Positions 8,277 to 17,180 of a stretch of 56,720 nt of DNA are shown here, piece after piece (the stretch's first letter is position 1; each line of letters opens with the position of its first letter). The notes under the pieces are model-generated. The model was not told where the DNA came from and did not search any database. It was given only the letters and a program-made list of their open reading frames with translations. Source of the DNA: Nanobdellota archaeon (lineage in GTDB: Archaea > Nanobdellota > Nanobdellia > Woesearchaeales > GW2011-AR9); contig JAUSJN010000070.1 of the NCBI GenBank assembly GCA_030647325.1, forward strand, positions 1 through 56,720, read 5' to 3'. The position numbers were made by a program, and so were the translations under genes.

Positions 8277-9002
8277 ATGAAATCAACCGCACCAGGAACT
8301 TTAAAATCTATCGGAGAAATAAAAACTGCACTCGTTGATGATCATCACGAGGCATTCTATTGGTGGTGGAATTCTGAATTAGAAAGTGCAACCTTATTCC
8401 ATGTTGATGGCCATGATGATATGTCAGAAGCCATTGTTGATCGTCAAATAAAAGGAGCAGAAGATTATAAATCACTGAATATCGCAAATTTTATCTGTCC
8501 GGCTGTACATCATGGTATTATTTCTCACATCTATTGGCTGAATCCTCATTCCAAGGAAAGGACATTACTAGATTATGGAACACCAAAGACTTTTTTCTCC
8601 AAAAGAGATGTCATCCTCAATGAACAGAATTATAAATATGGCTGGGATTATCATGACGGAGATATGATCCGCAAGGGAAATGTTAAGATAATGCCACTGG
8701 ATGGATTTTCTATTCGTAAATCTATTCCTAAAAAAAGGCCATTGATCTTAGACATTGATTTAGATGCCTTTTGCTGCCACAGGAATAGTACTCTTGGAAA
8801 AAGTAAAGATTATAAAGGTGCGCTAGGTTTTGAAGAACGGATCAATCAAACTATGAACGTACTTGCTCAATTGCCAAAACCTGATTTAATCACTATCGCC
8901 AGCTCTCAGGGAGATGGAAAGTATAGATGTTATGTCCCCCCTTTTATGGTAGGTGATGTCAGCCGTTATCTTGCGCTTAATCTACGAACACTTTATGAAT
9001 AA
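8277..9002 (+). CDS. UPF0489-like protein (arginase/deacetylase-like fold, function unknown)
   Basis: DDHHEAFYWWW and HVDGHDDM near the N-terminus, and ILDIDLDAF, resemble the UPF0489 family signature. Confidence 0.55.
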   Translation: MKSTAPGTLKSIGEIKTALVDDHHEAFYWWWNSELESATLFHVDGHDDMSEAIVDRQIKGAEDYKSLNIANFICPAVHHGIISHIYWLNPHSKERTLLDYGTPKTFFSKRDVILNEQNYKYGWDYHDGDMIRKGNVKIMPLDGFSIRKSIPKKRPLILDIDLDAFCCHRNSTLGKSKDYKGALGFEERINQTMNVLAQLPKPDLITIASSQGDGKYRCYVPPFMVGDVSRYLALNLRTLYE

Positions 9003-9012
9003 TAAATTAGCC

Positions 9013-9996
9013 CTAAATCTTCTTTTTCAGGTCATCCCGGTCCAGATTTCGTATCACTACGCCGGTCTGTTCGATCACTTTTGCCGCAAACAGTGAACCT
9101 AATCTTCCTGCTTTCTCGAGAGGCCAGCCTTGACAAAGGGCATAGAGAAAACCAGCAGCGTAACAATCTCCCGCTCCGGTCGTGTCGATGACTTTTGCCG
9201 GGAAAGGATCAATTTTAGTTATGATCCCTTTTTCACAGATCAGCGATCCTCTTTTTCCTAATTTTACGACTACTATCTTGTTTTGCTTTCCGATCTCTTT
9301 TGCAGCCTGCTCATCTTCATGACCGGTGAACTCTTTCGCTTCCGCTTCGTTCACAAAAACGATATCGGCAAAATTCAATACTAAATCTTGCAGGAAAGCT
9401 TTGTTCCTTCTGATCACTCCCGGATCCGCTAAATCAATAGAGACTAACGTGTTATTTTTTTTCGCTAAGGCCAGGGCATGTAATACGGTTTCCCGAGTAG
9501 GTCCTTCGATCTGATATCCTTCGATGTGCAGAACCTTTCCCCGTTTAATATCTTCTTCAAGAAGATCTTCTTTTTGTAATGTAATCGCTGCTCCTAAATG
9601 GACAGAGAAAGTACGCTCAGCATCGGGAGTGATGAAAGTGATAGCATTTCCGGTTGCTGATGAATCATGATATATTCTAGGATCAACTCCCTGCTCTTTC
9701 ATCTCTTGTACATAGGTTTCTCCGTGTTTATCCCTGCCGACTCTCCCATAGAGAATTACTTTTCCTCCCAACAAGGCTATGCCGCGGATAGTATTGGCAG
9801 AAGAACCGCCCGGGACTGTTTTGATGCTGCATCGAGAATCGTTTAATTTTTCGAGCAGTTCTTTTGACTTTTTCTCATCAACTAAATGGAACTCTCCTTT
9901 CTTAAGATTCATCTCCAGTAGTTTGTGCTCCTCTATTTCTACCAATAGATCCATGATAGTATTTCCAAGTCCGATCACATCATAATCTTTAACCAT
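9013..9996 (-). CDS. PfkB-family carbohydrate/nucleoside kinase, probably adenosine kinase
   Basis: GG dipeptide region and C-terminal DTTGAGDCYAAGFLY motif. Adjacent to adenosylhomocysteinase. Confidence 0.8.
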   Translation of the reverse strand: MVKDYDVIGLGNTIMDLLVEIEEHKLLEMNLKKGEFHLVDEKKSKELLEKLNDSRCSIKTVPGGSSANTIRGIALLGGKVILYGRVGRDKHGETYVQEMKEQGVDPRIYHDSSATGNAITFITPDAERTFSVHLGAAITLQKEDLLEEDIKRGKVLHIEGYQIEGPTRETVLHALALAKKNNTLVSIDLADPGVIRRNKAFLQDLVLNFADIVFVNEAEAKEFTGHEDEQAAKEIGKQNKIVVVKLGKRGSLICEKGIITKIDPFPAKVIDTTGAGDCYAAGFLYALCQGWPLEKAGRLGSLFAAKVIEQTGVVIRNLDRDDLKKKI

Positions 9997-10030
9997 AACA
10001 AAATCTGTAGATCAATACCTATAGTGATTT

Positions 10031-11476
10031 TCAATACCTATAATGGTTTGGCTTGTATGGCCCACCCTTATTTAGGTTCAGATATGCTGTCTGCTTATCA
10101 GTAAGTTGGTCAATCTCTACCCCGATTTTCGTAAGATGCAGGCGCGCGACCTCTTCATCTAACAACTTAGGTAGGACATATACTCCTACCTCATAGTTCT
10201 TGGTCCATAAATCGATCTGAGCCAGAACTTGGTTGGTGAAAGAGCTGCTCATCACGAAACTAGGATGTCCAGTCGCGCATCCCAAATTGACTAGCCTTCC
10301 TTCAGCTAAAAGATAAATTTCCTTGCCGTCAGGGAATGCATACTTATCATACTGCGGCTTGATCTGTTCTCTTACTGCGCCAGAGTTAGAATTCAACCAA
10401 TTCATATCGATCTCAGTATCAAAATGACCGATGTTACAGACGATGGCTTGGTCTTTCATGGCCAGAAAATGCCTATCCACGATAATGTCGGTATTTCCAG
10501 TGGTAGTGATAAAGAGATCTCCTTCTTTGACCGCGTTATCCATCTTCTTTACTTCATATCCTTCCATCGCTGCCTGAAGAGCATTGATGGGATCTATTTC
10601 CGTGATTATGATTCGACAGCCGTATCCGCGCAAGGATTGTGCACAACCTTTGCCGACATCTCCATAACCAGCGATCACCGCAACTTTTCCTGCTAACATG
10701 ACGTCGGTAGCTCTTTTGATACCATCAACCAAGGATTCGCGGCAACCATAGAGATTATCAAATTTAGATTTGGTCACAGAGTCGTTGACATTGATGGCCG
10801 GGAAGAGTAATTTTCCTTCCTTCATCATCTGGTAAAGGCGATGGACTCCAGTAGTTGTCTCTTCAGAGACTCCTTTCACTTTTTTTGCTACCTGCTGCCA
10901 TCTGTTTTTATTTGCTGCGTATACTTCTTTAAGACAAAGCATCAGTTCGCGGAAATCCTCTCCCTCATTACTATAATTTTTTTCTAGAAGAGCAGGATTC
11001 TTCTCCACTTCCGCCCCTTTGTGGATCATGATGGTGGCATCTCCGCCATCGTCAACAATCAGATCCGGACCTGAACCATCGGGAAAAGTCAATGCCTGCA
11101 AGGTACACTGCCAATATTCTTTCAGATTTTCTCCTTTCCAGGCGAAGACCGGTATTCCTGCGCTTGCGATTGCCGCAGCAGCATGATCCTGGGTCGAGAA
11201 GATGTTACAGGAAGCCCAGCGTACCTTTGCACCAAGAACAGCTAAAGTCTCAATCAATACTGCAGTCTGAATGGTCATATGCAAAGAACCAGAAATCTTG
11301 ACACCGGCAAGTGGTTTTTGTTTTGTATATTTTTCACGAATCGCCATCAATCCAGGCATTTCTTTCTCCGCGACAGAAATCTCTTTCCTACCCCATTCTG
11401 CTAAGGAAATATCCTTTACTTTATAATCGACCTGATTTTGTTTTGTTTTTTCTGTTTGTAAAAGAGTATTGTGCAT
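10031..11476 (-). CDS. ahcY: adenosylhomocysteinase (SAH hydrolase)
   Basis: Full-length match to the family pattern: NAD site [10 protein letters not shown], plus [10 protein letters not shown] and the C-terminal [10 protein letters not shown]. Confidence 0.95.
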   Translation of the reverse strand: MHNTLLQTEKTKQNQVDYKVKDISLAEWGRKEISVAEKEMPGLMAIREKYTKQKPLAGVKISGSLHMTIQTAVLIETLAVLGAKVRWASCNIFSTQDHAAAAIASAGIPVFAWKGENLKEYWQCTLQALTFPDGSGPDLIVDDGGDATIMIHKGAEVEKNPALLEKNYSNEGEDFRELMLCLKEVYAANKNRWQQVAKKVKGVSEETTTGVHRLYQMMKEGKLLFPAINVNDSVTKSKFDNLYGCRESLVDGIKRATDVMLAGKVAVIAGYGDVGKGCAQSLRGYGCRIIITEIDPINALQAAMEGYEVKKMDNAVKEGDLFITTTGNTDIIVDRHFLAMKDQAIVCNIGHFDTEIDMNWLNSNSGAVREQIKPQYDKYAFPDGKEIYLLAEGRLVNLGCATGHPSFVMSSSFTNQVLAQIDLWTKNYEVGVYVLPKLLDEEVARLHLTKIGVEIDQLTDKQTAYLNLNKGGPYKPNHYRY

Positions 11477-11533
11477 GAAAATTCCTCCTTTTGTGGTGAT
11501 TTGTTAATTTATTAGTGATTCCACAACGTAACC

Positions 11534-11542
11534 TATATAAAT
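11534..11542 (+). promoter_or_regulatory. TATA box of gatD
   Basis: TATATAAAT, about 27 nt upstream of ATG 11565. Confidence 0.5.
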
Positions 11543-11564
11543 CTTAAGAAATTATTTTCCTATA

Positions 11565-12857
11565 ATGGCTCAAGCGGGAGATAGGGTGAAAATCAACACC
11601 AAGAAAGGCTCAGAAGAAGGCATTTTAATGCCGAGTTCTGATAAAAAAACTATTCTCCTCAAGTTAGACAGTGGTTATAATGCCGGCTTTGATAACAAAG
11701 ATGTTTCCAACATAACTGTTTTAGCCAAAGCGGCGGCAAAAAAGAAAGTCATGGCAAAAATTACCCAGAATCCAGACCTTCCTACTATCGCTATCTTACA
11801 TACGGGAGGAACCATCGCTTCCAAAGTTGATTATCGTACCGGAGCGGTGGCTTCTGAATTCAGCCCGGAAGAATTGCTATCATTATTCCCGGAATTAAAA
11901 AATATCGCTAACCTTGAATCAGAATTGATCTCTCAGATGTGGAGCGATGATCTGCGCTTTGCTCATTTTTCGCTCATCGCTAAAGCCATTGAACGCCAAG
12001 TCAAGAAAGGCGTGAAAGGAATCATCATCGGCATGGGTACAGATAATCTAGCAGTCGCTTCCGCCGCATTATCCTTCATCGTGGAAAAATCGCCGGTGCC
12101 TATCGTTTTCGTAGGTGCGCAGCGTTCCTCTGACCGCGGCAGCAGCGATGCGGGGATGAATCTCATCTGCGCTGCTGAATTCGTGACCAGAACTGATTTC
12201 GGCGGAGTTGCGATCTGTATGCATGAATCATCGAGCGATAAGACCTGTGTTATCTTACCTGGAACAAAAACCTACAAATTACACTCCTCGCGCCGAGATG
12301 CATTTAAGGCGATCAACTCCTCCGCTCTTGCTAGTGTTGATTATAAGACCATGGAAATAAAATATCTTGGGAATAGTTACCAGAAACGGGCAGATACATT
12401 ATCGCTTAAACCAAAGATGGAAGAGAAAATTGGCTTGTTAAAAATTCATATAAATATGTTCCCGGAGCAATTTTCATTTTTCAAAGGATATAAAGGATTG
12501 ATCATCGAGGGAACCGGTCTAGGGCATACTCCTGGGCAAGCACCAAATAAAGAGAGCGCCATTCACAAAGAGATATATCCTGCTCTCAAAAAATTAATTG
12601 ATTCCGGCTGCGTAATTGTGATGACCACGCAATGCCTGTTTGGCGGCGTGAACATGAATATATACGATAAAGGCCGTGATCTGCTGGAATTAGGGGTACT
12701 TTCTGGAAAAGATTTGCTGGCCAATACAGCATTGGTGAAATTGTCATGGCTCTTGGGAAACCATTCCCGTGAAGAGACCAAGGAATTGGTCGGCCAAAAT
12801 CTGCGCGGTGAGATTAATGAGCGTCTGCAATTTGAAGAAGATTTCGTTAAAAAATAA
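11565..12857 (+). CDS. gatD: Glu-tRNA(Gln) amidotransferase subunit D
   Basis: N-terminal GatD-specific domain followed by an asparaginase-type domain (HTGGTIAS, GMGTDNL). Confidence 0.9.
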   Translation: MAQAGDRVKINTKKGSEEGILMPSSDKKTILLKLDSGYNAGFDNKDVSNITVLAKAAAKKKVMAKITQNPDLPTIAILHTGGTIASKVDYRTGAVASEFSPEELLSLFPELKNIANLESELISQMWSDDLRFAHFSLIAKAIERQVKKGVKGIIIGMGTDNLAVASAALSFIVEKSPVPIVFVGAQRSSDRGSSDAGMNLICAAEFVTRTDFGGVAICMHESSSDKTCVILPGTKTYKLHSSRRDAFKAINSSALASVDYKTMEIKYLGNSYQKRADTLSLKPKMEEKIGLLKIHINMFPEQFSFFKGYKGLIIEGTGLGHTPGQAPNKESAIHKEIYPALKKLIDSGCVIVMTTQCLFGGVNMNIYDKGRDLLELGVLSGKDLLANTALVKLSWLLGNHSREETKELVGQNLRGEINERLQFEEDFVKK

Positions 12858-12863
12858 GAGGAG

Positions 12864-13130
12864 ATGTTTATGAAACAGAAAGTGATGATCGGTTTGTTAT
12901 TATCAATATGCGTGCTCTTTATCTCCTGCACGTCGGCAGCTGAACAATGTTCAGTTGATGCCGATTGTGTTCCGGCTCCATGCTGCCATCCCACCGGTGC
13001 AGTGAACAAGGCTGATGCTCCTGATTGCAGCGGCGTCTTATGTACAGCAGTCTGTGAAGGTCCGTTAGACTGCGGCGCAGGAGAGATTAAATGTATGTCT
13101 AATAGATGTACAATCGTGCCTGTACAATGA
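12864..13130 (+). CDS. small secreted/lipoprotein-like Cys-rich protein (88 aa)
   Basis: Signal peptide ending in ISC. 13 Cys in the mature part. Stop overlaps the next start (ATGA). Confidence 0.6.
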   Translation: MFMKQKVMIGLLLSICVLFISCTSAAEQCSVDADCVPAPCCHPTGAVNKADAPDCSGVLCTAVCEGPLDCGAGEIKCMSNRCTIVPVQ

Positions 13131-13828
13131 TTCCTACCACTGTAAAAGAAGTGATCCGTGATTTTGTCTTCGGGATGGAAGACGGCTTAGTCTCTAATCT
13201 GGGCTTAGTGTTAGGAGTCGCCGCCGGGGGCGGAGATGCTTCTGTCATAGTCCTGGCGGGAGCAGCAAGTATGTTCGCGGGCGCTTTTTCCATGTCGGCA
13301 GGAAGTTACCTTTCTTCTAAATCCCAGCGAGAAGTATATGAGCATGAAATAGAATCTACCAAAGAGAGTTTGTTGCAAAATCCGCGTAAATGTTACCAAG
13401 AGATGCGCTCTTCGCTGGTGAAAGAAGGTCTTAACAAACAGGAAGTAGATAATCTCCTTAAGAAATCATCCCGTTATAAGCATCCTGAATTTGTCTGCAA
13501 CTACATGGTGCAGAAGAAAGTAGGGATCTCTAAAGAGAAGCTGGAAGTCCCGCTGACCAATGCTTTCACTATGTTCTTTTCTTTTTTAGTAGGATCGGCT
13601 TTCCCGATACTTCCCTTCCTATTTTCCAAGCTAAATTATTTAGAGTTATGGCCAGCTGCAGTGATATCATCAGCGTTAACTATTGCCGCTCTTTTCGGGG
13701 TAGGTTTGGCAAAAGCGAGTCATACTAAGCTAAACTGGTTTAAATCTGGGATAGAAGTCGTTTTTATAGGTTTAGCTGCAGGCCTGATCGGGTATTTTGT
13801 AGGGTGGTTAGTGGGACATTTAGGATAA
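13127..13828 (+). CDS. VIT1/CCC1-family iron/manganese transporter
   Basis: FGMEDGLVSNLGLVLGVA motif, central cytosolic helical segment, C-terminal TM helices. ATG 13127 (ATGA overlap with the upstream stop) is preferred over the track start 13106. Confidence 0.85.
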   Translation: MIPTTVKEVIRDFVFGMEDGLVSNLGLVLGVAAGGGDASVIVLAGAASMFAGAFSMSAGSYLSSKSQREVYEHEIESTKESLLQNPRKCYQEMRSSLVKEGLNKQEVDNLLKKSSRYKHPEFVCNYMVQKKVGISKEKLEVPLTNAFTMFFSFLVGSAFPILPFLFSKLNYLELWPAAVISSALTIAALFGVGLAKASHTKLNWFKSGIEVVFIGLAAGLIGYFVGWLVGHLG

Positions 13829-13866
13829 AAATATAGTCTTTATATGCAGAAGATTAAATAGTTTTA

Positions 13867-14109
13867 TTGCATTTACTGGCTTCTATGTTAGATGAAGTCG
13901 TTATTGATCAGATTTTCGAGAGGGAAAAGAGACGGAGAAAAGATTCCGGTTGGCAGCCTATCCCCTTGTATGAAGAACTGGAATTGCCTCGCGATGATTC
14001 TCAGGAAGGAGAACAGATAAAAATAGACGTCTGGGAACCGCAAAAGGATACTGTTGTGGATAATAATGTACTTGATTGTTATTCTCCGAATAAATATAAA
14101 GTTTTTTAA
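13867..14109 (+). CDS. hypothetical acidic protein (80 aa), doubtful
   Basis: ORF with a non-ATG track start (ATG at 13885). An antisense ORF of equal length exists. Confidence 0.3.
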   Translation: MHLLASMLDEVVIDQIFEREKRRRKDSGWQPIPLYEELELPRDDSQEGEQIKIDVWEPQKDTVVDNNVLDCYSPNKYKVF

Positions 14110-14131
14110 CCTAAGTTCCTTCTGAGATCGC

Positions 14132-14692
14132 ATGAAAGAACTTTCTTCCTCATTTTTTGCTCGAGATACAGTTACCGTAGCTCAGGAACTCTTGGGAAAG
14201 ATCATCTCTGTGGATGGGATACAGGCCCGCATAGTAGAAACAGAAGCCTATGGAAGAGATTCGGCTTCCCACGCTTACACCAGAACCGAGCGCAGCGCTT
14301 TGATGTACGATACGCACGGCCATGTCTATGTCTATCTGATCTACGGCATGTACTGGTGCCTAAATTTTACTTGCGACAAGAATGAAGCAGGTGCAGTATT
14401 GATCAGAGCGGTGGAACCTCTTACGGGAATAGAAACAATGAAGAAAAAGAGGAAAACAGAGAACATAGCTAATCTTTGTTCCGGACCAGGGAAATTATGC
14501 CTGGCGTTAGGGATTGATAAAAAGTACAACGGATTGAAAATAGGTAAAGAGATTAAAGTGTTTGATGATGGTTTTAAAGTTAGCAAAATTGCAACCAGTT
14601 CTAGAATCGGGATCAAAGATGCTTTGGACTTGCAATGGAGATTCTTTATTGAAGGGAATGGATACATAAGTAAAGTGAAGATTAATAAATAA
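14132..14692 (+). CDS. mpg: DNA-3-methyladenine glycosylase (Mpg/AAG family)
   Basis: FFARDTVTVAQELLGK, ETEAY, DSASHAY and LCLALGI motifs. Confidence 0.85.
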   Translation: MKELSSSFFARDTVTVAQELLGKIISVDGIQARIVETEAYGRDSASHAYTRTERSALMYDTHGHVYVYLIYGMYWCLNFTCDKNEAGAVLIRAVEPLTGIETMKKKRKTENIANLCSGPGKLCLALGIDKKYNGLKIGKEIKVFDDGFKVSKIATSSRIGIKDALDLQWRFFIEGNGYISKVKINK

Positions 14693-14714
14693 TCAGTTGA
14701 TTTTCTACTTCTAT

Positions 14715-14820
14715 GCGGAGGTGGGAGAGCGGTCAAATCCGCCACCTTGAGATGTAGTACAACTACACAAGAAGGGGTGGTCCCTTAGTGGGTACGCGTG
14801 TTCGATTCACGTCCTCCGCA
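14715..14820 (+). tRNA. tRNA-Leu(GAG) with a 22-nt canonical-position intron (14753-14774)
   Basis: Acceptor GCGGAGG/CCTCCGC plus discriminator A. D arm GGA..TCC. Anticodon stem CCACC/GGTGG with loop TTGAGA|intron|G. Long variable arm CCCTTAGTGGG. T arm GCGTG-TTCGATT-CACGT. No encoded CCA. Confidence 0.85.
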
Positions 14821-14839
14821 CTCCTTTATTCCCCCAAAA

Positions 14840-14849
14840 CTATATAAAC
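14840..14849 (+). promoter_or_regulatory. TATA box of the PAC2 gene
   Basis: CTATATAAAC, about 25 nt upstream of ATG 14870. Confidence 0.5.
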
Positions 14850-14869
14850 TCTAAATCATTTTTCTAAGC

Positions 14870-15682
14870 ATGAATGGCCTCTGGGAAGTAACTGCTGAAA
14901 CAAAATCCCTTCCTACCTTAAACAACCCTGTTTTAATAGAAGGGCTTCCCGGTATTGGTAATGTCGGCAAGATAGCAGTTGATTTCCTGGTAGAAGAATT
15001 GAAAGCCAAGAAGCTCTATTCATTTTTCTCCTACAAATTTCCCCATTCAGTCTTTGTGAACGATAAGAATCTGGTGGAGATGCCTAAATTAGAACTATAT
15101 TACAAACAGTTCGGCAAAGGAAGTAAAAAACATGATCTGCTCTTTTTAGTCGGCGACATCCAGCCTATCGATGAAGAGAGCTGCTATGCTTTCTGTGACG
15201 AAGTCTTGAAGATCGCCCAGCAAAATAAATGCAGCCATTTCATAACTACTGGCGGCATAGGCCTGCAGCATGTTCCAGATAAGCCAAAAGTATATTGCAC
15301 CGCAAACAATCAAGCTTTGCTACGGGAATATCTTAAGAAGGGCATGCCCCTGGAAAAAGAGATATTTGGTGTAGTCGGGCCTATTATCGGCGTTTCTGGA
15401 ATCCTTCTGGCTCTGGGGAAGAAAAAGAATCTCAACGGGGTGGCCTTGCTGGCAGAAACTTTCGGCAATCCTTTTTATTTAGGCATCAAAGGAGCTAAAG
15501 AGATCGTGCAGGTCTTAGAAAAGAAATTCAGCTGGAAGGTGAAAATTAAAAAAATCAATAAAGATATCCGAGAAGTCGAGAATCAATTATTGCAGAAAGC
15601 TACCGATTGGATGTCTGAAGAATTTGCCCAGCCGCAAGCCGGCGCGCATGGCAAGAAGAAAGACGTGCATTATATCGGGTAA
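14870..15682 (+). CDS. PAC2-family proteasome assembly chaperone
   Basis: LIEGLPGIGNVGKIAVDFL motif and overall family length. TATA box at 14840-14849. Confidence 0.8.
   Translation: MNGLWEVTAETKSLPTLNNPVLIEGLPGIGNVGKIAVDFLVEELKAKKLYSFFSYKFPHSVFVNDKNLVEMPKLELYYKQFGKGSKKHDLLFLVGDIQPIDEESCYAFCDEVLKIAQQNKCSHFITTGGIGLQHVPDKPKVYCTANNQALLREYLKKGMPLEKEIFGVVGPIIGVSGILLALGKKKNLNGVALLAETFGNPFYLGIKGAKEIVQVLEKKFSWKVKIKKINKDIREVENQLLQKATDWMSEEFAQPQAGAHGKKKDVHYIG
15651..15675 (+). repeat. left copy of a 25-nt perfect direct repeat (inside the PAC2 3' end)
   Basis: GCAAGAAGAAAGACGTGCATTATAT, identical to 16492-16516. Confidence 0.9.
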
Positions 15683-15684
15683 GA

Positions 15685-15903
15685 TTATTCTTTTAACCAG
15701 TTATATCCTTCTTTATTTTTGATATTGTGAATTTGTTGCAGCTTTTCCTTACCGTTTGGTGTTTGTAAGAGCTTATTTCTAAAAGAATCATGTTTTTCAA
15801 AGAGAGCATCAATAAAATCAGTATGAATTTTTTTCCATTTAGTCGGATTTTCTTTTACAAAAAGCGCCCATCGTTCCACTTGTTGCATATGTTCTTCCCT
15901 CAT
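15685..15903 (-). CDS. hypothetical 72-aa helical protein, partner of the nucleotidyltransferase
   Basis: 4-nt overlap with the upstream ORF 15900-16457. Lies inside the repeat-bounded cassette. Confidence 0.5.
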   Translation of the reverse strand: MREEHMQQVERWALFVKENPTKWKKIHTDFIDALFEKHDSFRNKLLQTPNGKEKLQQIHNIKNKEGYNWLKE

Positions 15904-16457
15904 AGCCGGAATCTCTTAATGAGTAATTTCACTGATTGTATCTCCGTCTCATCTACTTGTTCGGCATATACTATCCGTAAATGCCTTGCATCTTCTAAAT
16001 CTTTTGGACTTTTTAATAGTTCCTCTTTAAAGGCGATATTTACATTAACATTACTAAACCAAACATTTAAACCAGTAAGTTCTAATCTTACTCTATTTTT
16101 AAGTTGGTATTCATCTAAAATATCTTTCACAAACTTAACTTCCATCTCTGGAAGCTCTTTATCTTTCCAGGTAAAGCGAACTGAAGTATTATCTTTTAGG
16201 TAAGAATAAACTTCCTCTGCATCAGAAGATTGCATACAAACAAAACTTTTTTTTGTTAGGTCGTTGAAAAGTAGTTTGAATTTATCAAAGTTGAGTCTTT
16301 CAATAATCATATCGATATCTTCTGTTCCCCTGGTTCTTCCGGAAGCTATGGCTAAAAACCCAGAAACAACGATATATTTACAATGTTTCTCAACAATTAC
16401 GCAGAACTCTTCACAGAATTTGTCTAGGATGTTTCGGTCTTTGATTTGACGTTCCAT
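15900..16457 (-). CDS. nucleotidyltransferase-fold protein (minimal NTase/DUF2204-like)
   Basis: GFLAIASGRTRGTEDIDMII fits the G-x-[SG]...D-x-D signature of pol-beta-fold NTases. Own TATA (TTTATAAAAA, minus strand) and AGGAG just upstream. Confidence 0.6.
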   Translation of the reverse strand: MERQIKDRNILDKFCEEFCVIVEKHCKYIVVSGFLAIASGRTRGTEDIDMIIERLNFDKFKLLFNDLTKKSFVCMQSSDAEEVYSYLKDNTSVRFTWKDKELPEMEVKFVKDILDEYQLKNRVRLELTGLNVWFSNVNVNIAFKEELLKSPKDLEDARHLRIVYAEQVDETEIQSVKLLIKRFRL

Positions 16458-16491
16458 ACTCCTTAATTAGGCCAGATTTTTATAAATCTTA

Positions 16492-16516
16492 GCAAGAAGA
16501 AAGACGTGCATTATAT
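16492..16516 (+). repeat. right copy of the 25-nt direct repeat
   Basis: Identical to 15651-15675. Confidence 0.9.
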
Positions 16517-16523
16517 AGGATGA

Positions 16524-17180
16524 TCAATTAATACGATAAAAACCGATCTTTCTCCTTTTCTCTAATATCTCTTCGCCTTTATTTATTCTGTCTAATTTTC
16601 TGTTAAGGGCTTCTAATGTTTCTTTTAATGATTCTGCTGCCTTTTCTAACCTTTTAGATGCTGTTTCTAATTCTTTAAGTCCAGCTTCTAATTTGTGAAC
16701 ATTTTCTTTATAATCTCTTTGAAAATTGCCTTCCTTTCTGGTTGAAAACAGACCATCCCATAAACACAAGCTTCCTAAAGCGTAAACGGCCTCTGGATCT
16801 ATGGCTGGATCTTTATGGGCTGTCGGAGAATAGATCCTTACTCCGGTATTTTCTTTGATGATATAATCTTTGGAAAGATCAGATCTTTTTTCATCAAAGA
16901 GACGGGAAGGCACGATGACTGTATCTTCTGCCAAGCCTCCCTTATCCAGCAATTGATAGACTTTGTCCGCAAGATCGTCACAAGGCACCTCGGAGTAGAA
17001 ATCTCCCCAGTTCTGATGAGGGAAGCTGGGCGCTTGCTCTTGCATCAGAGTATAACTGTCAGCAGTGAGGATATGCAGTCCTGGAAATTCTTTTCCGATA
17101 AATAGTGTGTTATATCGATACAATTCTGGGATATGCTCTTGCGTCATTTTTATGCTCTCTGATCTTGGATTTTTTCTCAA
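16524..17180 (-). CDS. hypothetical protein (218 aa) with C-terminal coiled coil, co-transcribed with orc1/cdc6
   Basis: Start overlaps the cdc6 stop by 4 nt. C-terminal heptad-like KLEAGLKELETASKRLEKAAESLKETLEAL. Confidence 0.6.
   Translation of the reverse strand: MRKNPRSESIKMTQEHIPELYRYNTLFIGKEFPGLHILTADSYTLMQEQAPSFPHQNWGDFYSEVPCDDLADKVYQLLDKGGLAEDTVIVPSRLFDEKRSDLSKDYIIKENTGVRIYSPTAHKDPAIDPEAVYALGSLCLWDGLFSTRKEGNFQRDYKENVHKLEAGLKELETASKRLEKAAESLKETLEALNRKLDRINKGEEILEKRRKIGFYRIN

Larger units (their letters stand above)
15676..16516 (-). mobile_element. putative inserted two-gene cassette (NTase plus 72-aa partner, own promoter) bounded by the 25-nt direct repeat
   Basis: Direct repeats at both ends. 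The distal repeat continues as ATAGGATGA, which encodes the same I-G-stop as the PAC2 end (ATCGGGTAA), and it abuts the stop of the convergent gene at 16524. Confidence 0.5.
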
